39,092 nt of DNA, taken from NCBI GenBank assembly GCA_008369845.1, contig MRSU01006640.1:1-39092 (forward strand). The letters run 5' to 3'. The DNA is from Trichomonas gallinae. Its lineage: Eukaryota. Every line of letters starts with the position of its first letter. Positions within the stretch are counted from its first letter, which is position 1. Below, piece by piece: positions 33,391-39,092 of the stretch. The notes below the pieces were generated by a model that was not told the origin of the DNA, did not search any database, and worked only from the letters and a program-made list of their open reading frames with translations. The position numbers were made by a program, and so were the translations under genes.

Positions 33391-33967
33391 ACGACTGGGT
33401 GCCCAAAGGGTACTTATTGACTTATATTAATCTATAAGTTCCTCTGAGCGTTGGGTGGAACGGGTCACAAGTTGCCCTATGGCTTGGTCATCCCCTATCC
33501 AATTCGCAAACGCATTTCTGCGTAAACTTATTTAACCCTCCAGTCCGCCCTAAGAGCATGAGCAGTCGGTCCTACCGCAAAGGCTTGTTGAGGGCCTTTA
33601 GACCTATTACAAGACACCGGTCACCCTGATGTCTGGGTCGCGCACATCAGTTTCCAAAAAAATAAGTCGCAATTTTTGTAAAGACAAAAATTCGCAATGT
33701 TCTACGTCCGGATGCCTTCGTTAGAAGACACCTGTTAAGGAGAGAACTACACAATCGCAAACAGAGGCAAAACTGCACTGATGGACTAGATCAGGAACGG
33801 ACCTCGTTTGAACGATCGATCACCAATACTACAGTCTGCAAAAGGTTGAAACCTTTTTATAGCCATCATGGAACCGCACATATCAAAAAATTGAATATGT
33901 TTGAGGAACCAGTGGGGCTAAATTCTTATCAGCTAACATTAATAGCATCAATTAAGAATCCAGTCGT
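33391..33967 (+). ncRNA. Large structured non-coding RNA candidate, family unknown (may extend to about 34097)
   Basis: GC-enriched, with no credible ORF. Terminal helix ACGACTGG(33391-98)/CCAGTCGT(33960-67) encloses more than 12 nested helices; non-WC pairs are G-U on the + strand. Confidence 0.65.
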
Positions 33968-34107
33968 AATAACAAAACAGCTGTTCATACCATCGACAAA
34001 AAAGATCTTTCGAAATTTTTGTCTGCTGGCGATTGGCCTGGAAACTATGGATAAACCGACAGTCCCCTCGGGTCGTTGGACGATCCTTAATTGGGTAAAG
34101 TCAAAGT

Positions 34108-34845
34108 TTAAATAATAAAATCTGCGAAAACTTGATTAAGATCATCCGTTTGTGTAGTATACTGATAATCATCGACACTATATGTATCATATGTCTCATA
34201 ATCATCTACAACTAACGGATCAAGAATATCACTAGGAGGCATTGCGTCAGGGACTATTTGTGGTCTAACTTCAGTATGCTTTTCACTAGAAGCTAGACAC
34301 TTCTTAGTTTGTGCTTTCTCAACTCCAATGAAATCATTGATGATTTCGCAGAATTTTGGACCAGGTTCAAACTGGCTTATTACCGATGAAGGATCTTCCT
34401 TTATCGTGTCTGCATTCGAGAGGAGCTGCTCAATTTGTGTGATATGTAATGCTAAAAATATTCCAATATTTGGATGTGTTAGAGTTGATTTGTATTTCTC
34501 CCAATTCTTGTAGATGAACATCACGAACTTGCGATTAAGGAGTAATGTGTCTAATTGGGAAAAATGCAAGCAAAACCATTTGAAAAATGTATCATGAATA
34601 ATTAATTCTTTGAGTTGTGGCCAGATGTCGGCGAGATATGAAAGCATTCCCTTCCTTGTTCGCCAATCATAGCGAACAGTTGGAATATTGAATTCTTGTG
34701 ATGACATTCTCACTAATAAATACAAGAAATCTCTTCTTAAGTGTTTGGAGAATTTGCGAAGATATTTCTTCATAGGCTCAACAACGTGAGAGTTTTTCTC
34801 TAGCTTTTCATTGACAAAGGCTCGCGCTTTCGCTTCTTTGTTCAT
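34108..34845 (-). CDS. Hypothetical protein (basic helical N-terminal domain, acidic tail)
   Basis: 245-aa ATG ORF; basic segment KKYLRKFSKHLRR...YDWRTRKGMLSYLADIW; Asp/Tyr/Thr-rich C-terminus. Confidence 0.8.
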   Translation of the reverse strand: MNKEAKARAFVNEKLEKNSHVVEPMKKYLRKFSKHLRRDFLYLLVRMSSQEFNIPTVRYDWRTRKGMLSYLADIWPQLKELIIHDTFFKWFCLHFSQLDTLLLNRKFVMFIYKNWEKYKSTLTHPNIGIFLALHITQIEQLLSNADTIKEDPSSVISQFEPGPKFCEIINDFIGVEKAQTKKCLASSEKHTEVRPQIVPDAMPPSDILDPLVVDDYETYDTYSVDDYQYTTQTDDLNQVFADFII

Positions 34846-35487
34846 CGCTTAGTTTTAAAATATAAAAGTCGGTTTTTGTAAATCAAAATTTTTTAAAAAT
34901 TGAGAGGGACAAAAAATTCGCATTCAAAAATTCGGTTTGACACTTACTCGTTTCATCATTTTAAGCATTATTGTAAAATTTTGTATTTAAAAGTGACAGA
35001 TATATAAAAGTGACAAATCATCAACATTTTTTTACCAACATTTTTTGATTCTTTATGATTTTTATTACAAAAAACAAATATTCAGCGTCATATGTCAAGG
35101 AAAACACAAACGAATCGTTCTATATTTATTAAAAATTATTATCAAAAAATTGTTAATGAGTTTTAGATAAAATTAAATATACCAATATATTATCTACGTT
35201 TTAAGAAATTTATCCATCTATTGAAAAGCTCCAAATCTGATTTATTATTTTTTCAAAAATATTAAAGATATTGTTTTAGTTTGTTTGAGACAGAATAGAT
35301 TGTACTGTATGCAGTCATTTTATATTTTAATGGAAATTAACAAACAGCTATTTTTTTTTTTCAATTTCGATTTTGTATCTGGTTGTTAGAGATTTTGTAT
35401 TACATAATTAGTATTTTTAGAAAACAAAAGAACAAATTTTCATTCCACAAATGAAAACTATTAATATTTTCCGCATAAATTTTAAGC

Positions 35488-36069
35488 TTAACATGAGCAT
35501 TTCTTTTTTTGAATATCACTTCCGATTTGGAATTGGTGTAGTGGATCTTCGCGCATAAGAGTAGCTATGGAAGAGTCATTTGCAAGTAAATCGAATAATT
35601 CAGTTACGCCTTCACCTGTTTTTGAGGAAAGTTCTATGAATATTTTTGCATTTATTTCCTTTGCGAATTCATTTCCTTCGTCGTAAGAGACTGCTCGCTG
35701 ACTTTCCAAATCCTTTTTAGCGCCAACGACTACAAGCATTATATCGTCCTTGGTGTTTTTAACTAAAAGTGTATGGAATTCCCTCAGTTCATTAAAGCTG
35801 TCTTTGTTTGTTATATCGTATACAAAAATTGCGATCTGAACATTTCTGAAGTAAATTGGCACGATGGACCTATATTTTTCTTGTCCAGCAGTGTCCATCA
35901 ATGCAAATTTAATTGTTTCGTGCTGGCCATTTAATACGCTGACTGTTGCTGTCGTTGCGCCAATTGTTGGCGAGTTTAAATCGCTGAATGTGTGATCTAC
36001 GGCATAGTAAACAAGGCATGTTTTTCCGACACCGCTAGCGCCCAAGAAAATGGTTTTCAGCGGATCCAT
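35488..36069 (-). CDS. Divergent Rab-family small GTPase
   Basis: GASGVGKT, PTIG, DTAGQEKYRS, GAKKD, SSK; C-terminal CSC prenylation motif. Confidence 0.93.
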   Translation of the reverse strand: MDPLKTIFLGASGVGKTCLVYYAVDHTFSDLNSPTIGATTATVSVLNGQHETIKFALMDTAGQEKYRSIVPIYFRNVQIAIFVYDITNKDSFNELREFHTLLVKNTKDDIMLVVVGAKKDLESQRAVSYDEGNEFAKEINAKIFIELSSKTGEGVTELFDLLANDSSIATLMREDPLHQFQIGSDIQKKKCSC

Positions 36070-36667
36070 AAAAATATAATATAAATTACCGATTTGCTTA
36101 TTTTCTGTTATTGATGTCCATTAGACAACATATTTTTCATATTTTTCTTGAATTTTGATTAGTCGCGATTTTTTGCCAATTCAGGAAAACCTGACAATAA
36201 AATTTGCCATTTGACATTTTCGTTTTACAATTGTAAAGCATTGAAACAAGACAAAATCACTTTTTAATTATTAATAATCAACATCTTGCCATTCAGCACT
36301 GTATATTGAAATTAAATAATCTTGTTTTTATTGTCTTTTTATTTTGTTTTCAAAAATCTAAGATTTGAATTAATAAAAAATATATTATAAATTAATGCAA
36401 TACAATTATTTATCATGATTTTTCAAAAAAATAATTTCAAGAAATAATACATTCAAAAATCTCAGTTATGAATTTCGGAAAATAATTTATAAAATAACGC
36501 AATCCATAGTATTATCATTGTATGTCAAAAAAAAAAAAAAAAAATAAAGCATTCAAAATTCTCAGTTTTGTATTTTCAAATAATTTGTTAAATATATCAG
36601 ATATATGCATTTAGACTAAAATATTTTTGAATTCCTCTGAAAAACATAAAAAAATTAAAAATTTATA

Positions 36668-38578
36668 ATGTTCGTTTTCCTTTTTGCTTCTTTTTCTTTC
36701 TCTGAGATTGTGACATGCTTTCATGATTACTATGAGCACAAGTCATTAAGAGAGAGAGAACCAGAGCCAATTCGAGTTTTGCAAGAAACAAATATTAATA
36801 ATGATACAAATATTACATCATTTGATGATCCCAGGGCCAAACCTTTTAAACTATTGTTCAAATATGGTAAAATAGATGCTATCGGTGAAAAAAAGGGAAT
36901 TATAGAAGATACTTTTAAATTTGTGCAAGATTTCCTCAATGACAGAATAAAATTGTATCCATCAGATGCTGGAGAACTTACCATCACAGTTGTGGCAATA
37001 TCTGACGAATTTAAAAAAAATCCTAATGGCCTTGCATATGCCTTTACAACAGGTACTTATCCTTCTGGCAGACCTAAGACAGGAGAAATCCATCTAAATA
37101 TTGACAAGCTCCCAGATGCAGCTCAAACCCTTTCTTCAGGAAACAGACAATTCATTATGACTGTAATTCACGAATTCAACCACATTTTATCATTTAGCAA
37201 GACCCATTTTGGAAAATATAAAGATGAGAATGGCAAACCTGCACTAAAATTCACAGACCAAGATGGTAATGTCATTCAAAATGCGGCTAAATTAGATGAT
37301 TTAAGCAGCTACGACATTGGACACATTTTCTTGAATACTCCAAGACTTACCAAATACGTGAACGAACACTTCCATGTTAAGAAACACACTAATTTGGGTC
37401 TTGAAATTGAAGATGGTGGCGGTAGTGGTACGGCCGAATCACATCCTAATGAAAGACTTTTCTTCACCGACCTTATGCAGGGCAGAACATACGGCCCAGG
37501 CTGGTTGAGTCCTATTTTCTATAACACACTTTGGGATACTGGTTGGTATATACCATCTCCAAATTTAATCGAAGAGTTTGTTTATCTTAACGATGAATTG
37601 AATCCTAAGATTGAGGTCACAGAAGATATTCTATTAAAGCCTCCACAGCATTCATTTCCACCTTCATATCTTTGCACATCAGAAGCTCTCAACGCCTGCT
37701 TCTATGATTACACATATACTGGTGTTTGCTCTCTGAAAAGCTGGACCGAGATTCAAAATGAAAAAAATGGTGAAAAATTTAAACAACACGAAAAATGGTA
37801 TAATCCAGATAATCAAAACAAAGTCGGATCAGATGATCTTCTTGATTTTGCAAACCTCGTTTTGCCATGGTATTCTTGCAGAGACATTGGACCAGGAGGT
37901 CTTAAAAGAAGAATAGACTTAGGAGATGACTATGATTCTAATAAATACGGCGAAATTTTCGGTCCAAACTCAACATGTGCTCTTTCAACGCTTCAAAAGG
38001 CTACAACAGGGGGTTTAATTGCCGAGCCAAAATGTTACGATGCATGGTGTGGCACAGATAGGAAAGTCAGGCTCATGGTTCCCAATGTATCGAAAGAATT
38101 TTTCTGTAAGAGAGACGGCCAGCAAGCGACATTCGAGGGCTATGCAGGCTCAATCACATGCCCACCTGCAGCGGTTGTTTGCGCAAATAGGGAACTTAGA
38201 GAAATTTTTGGTGTTGCAAATATATTCCCAGACAGAGGACCAATTGATGGCCAAAACTTCGTCGCCATTACTGGTAGTGACTTCCTTAAGTATCAACCTG
38301 AAGATGTTACTATTCGACTCGGTACTGTTAATTGCGATATCAAAATTTACAAGGACAACTACATCCTCTGTAAACTAGAATCAGTAGACGATAAAAGACA
38401 GGAAGAAATTCTTAAAGGATCATTCAAAGTCTTAAAAGGTGTATCAGACATTAATATATATAGACAGTTTGAAGCTAATATATCTTCAAACCCTCAAGCA
38501 AATACAGTGCTTCCAGACATGTATGTTTTCACAAACAGATGGTACACAACAGGCACGAAAAATAAAGAAAATAATTAA
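36668..38578 (+). CDS. GP63/leishmanolysin-like (M8) metalloprotease with C-terminal IPT/TIG-like domain
   Basis: Signal-like N-terminus, CFHD Cys-switch-like propeptide, HEFNH, EDGGGSGTAESH, DLM Met-turn, Cys-rich domain, IFPDRGPIDGQNFVAITGSDF. Confidence 0.9.
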   Translation: MFVFLFASFSFSEIVTCFHDYYEHKSLREREPEPIRVLQETNINNDTNITSFDDPRAKPFKLLFKYGKIDAIGEKKGIIEDTFKFVQDFLNDRIKLYPSDAGELTITVVAISDEFKKNPNGLAYAFTTGTYPSGRPKTGEIHLNIDKLPDAAQTLSSGNRQFIMTVIHEFNHILSFSKTHFGKYKDENGKPALKFTDQDGNVIQNAAKLDDLSSYDIGHIFLNTPRLTKYVNEHFHVKKHTNLGLEIEDGGGSGTAESHPNERLFFTDLMQGRTYGPGWLSPIFYNTLWDTGWYIPSPNLIEEFVYLNDELNPKIEVTEDILLKPPQHSFPPSYLCTSEALNACFYDYTYTGVCSLKSWTEIQNEKNGEKFKQHEKWYNPDNQNKVGSDDLLDFANLVLPWYSCRDIGPGGLKRRIDLGDDYDSNKYGEIFGPNSTCALSTLQKATTGGLIAEPKCYDAWCGTDRKVRLMVPNVSKEFFCKRDGQQATFEGYAGSITCPPAAVVCANRELREIFGVANIFPDRGPIDGQNFVAITGSDFLKYQPEDVTIRLGTVNCDIKIYKDNYILCKLESVDDKRQEEILKGSFKVLKGVSDINIYRQFEANISSNPQANTVLPDMYVFTNRWYTTGTKNKENN

Positions 38579-39013
38579 TTTGATTTTCAAATTTTTGACA
38601 AAGAACTTTTTACACGGCATAAAAATATTTACATGACAAATATCTAATTTGTCAAAGTTATTACATCAAAGCTACAATACAAATTGCAAATGTTTTCATG
38701 AAGAAACACATGCATTAAGGCGAATTGAATCCATTATAGTCAATAATTATGAACTCACTCGGTTCGAGCTCATGATATTTTTTTTAAAATTTACCATGTA
38801 GTATGTAAGGTTGGTAATTTTACTAATATATTAATTCAGGATAAATAACCAAAATAAATGGTTTATAATTATCAAAATTGAGCATTCATTTTTGATCTAA
38901 TTTAGTCAAAATAGAAAAGAAAGCCAATACACAATGAATCCTTGTTTTCTTGTTTTCTGTGGATAACCTAATAATATCACATACTATTTTAACTTTAGAT
39001 TTCAAAAATAATT

Positions 39014-39092
39014 AGTAGTATATGTATGGGGGTTATTTGCCAAAATTTGCAAATGCCTCTATGACCCCATTTTTGAAGGATTTAAGTCAATA
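39014..39092 (+). mobile_element. Possible start of a Maverick/Polinton terminal inverted repeat (truncated by window end)
   Basis: Starts AGTAGTA, matching the (AGT)n-type Polinton terminus, with a shift to GC-richer sequence and an internal GGGGTTAT...ATGACCCC inverted pair. Confidence 0.3.

Noticed and set aside
33626..33800. CTGATG strings as hammerhead ribozyme cores
   Set aside because: They read CTGATGT and CTGATGG rather than CUGANGA, and there is no correctly placed GAAA.
33846..34115. 89-aa ORF overlapping the structured block
   Set aside because: Starts at TTG with no recognisable protein features; RNA structure explains the region better.
34151..34162. GTGTAGTA resembling the U2 snRNA branch-point recognition sequence
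   Set aside because: It lies antisense within a CDS, with no U2 stem I or Sm-site context.
3503..36069. Apparent clustering of trafficking genes (Yif1, Dsc3, FPL, Sft2, TBC, Rab)
   Set aside because: These genes are interspersed with unrelated ones, and such families are large in trichomonads, so chance is sufficient.
1420..38636. Numerous short overlapping or antisense ORFs in the ORF track
   Set aside because: They are shadow frames of the long CDSs with no independent coding signal.

Overview
AT-rich eukaryotic protist DNA with densely packed, apparently intronless genes and short AT-rich spacers. Inr-like TCA elements before the ATGs, AAAGTGAC and M3-like promoter motifs, and the gene families point to a trichomonad such as Trichomonas vaginalis (inferred, not verified). 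About 20 protein-coding genes are present: Dis3/Rrp44, Yif1, WDR17-like, a PH-AGC kinase, Dsc3-like, GT61-like, CLEC16A/FPL, a chromo-barrel protein, Sft2, Def1-like CUE, a TBC Rab-GAP, EB1, a Rab, a GP63-like metalloprotease, and several hypotheticals. There is also a bacterial-type lysA pseudogene with three lesions. The stand-out is a non-coding, GC-enriched block at about 33391-34097. By hand it folds into a roughly 580-nt multi-domain RNA closed by an 8-bp terminal helix, with a further 3' domain. G-U wobbles favour the + strand, and it carries repeated YCGCAA motifs, candidate pseudoknots and a C-rich stretch resembling a telomerase template. I cannot assign it to a known family. All protein assignments are by motif recognition only; no searches were run.
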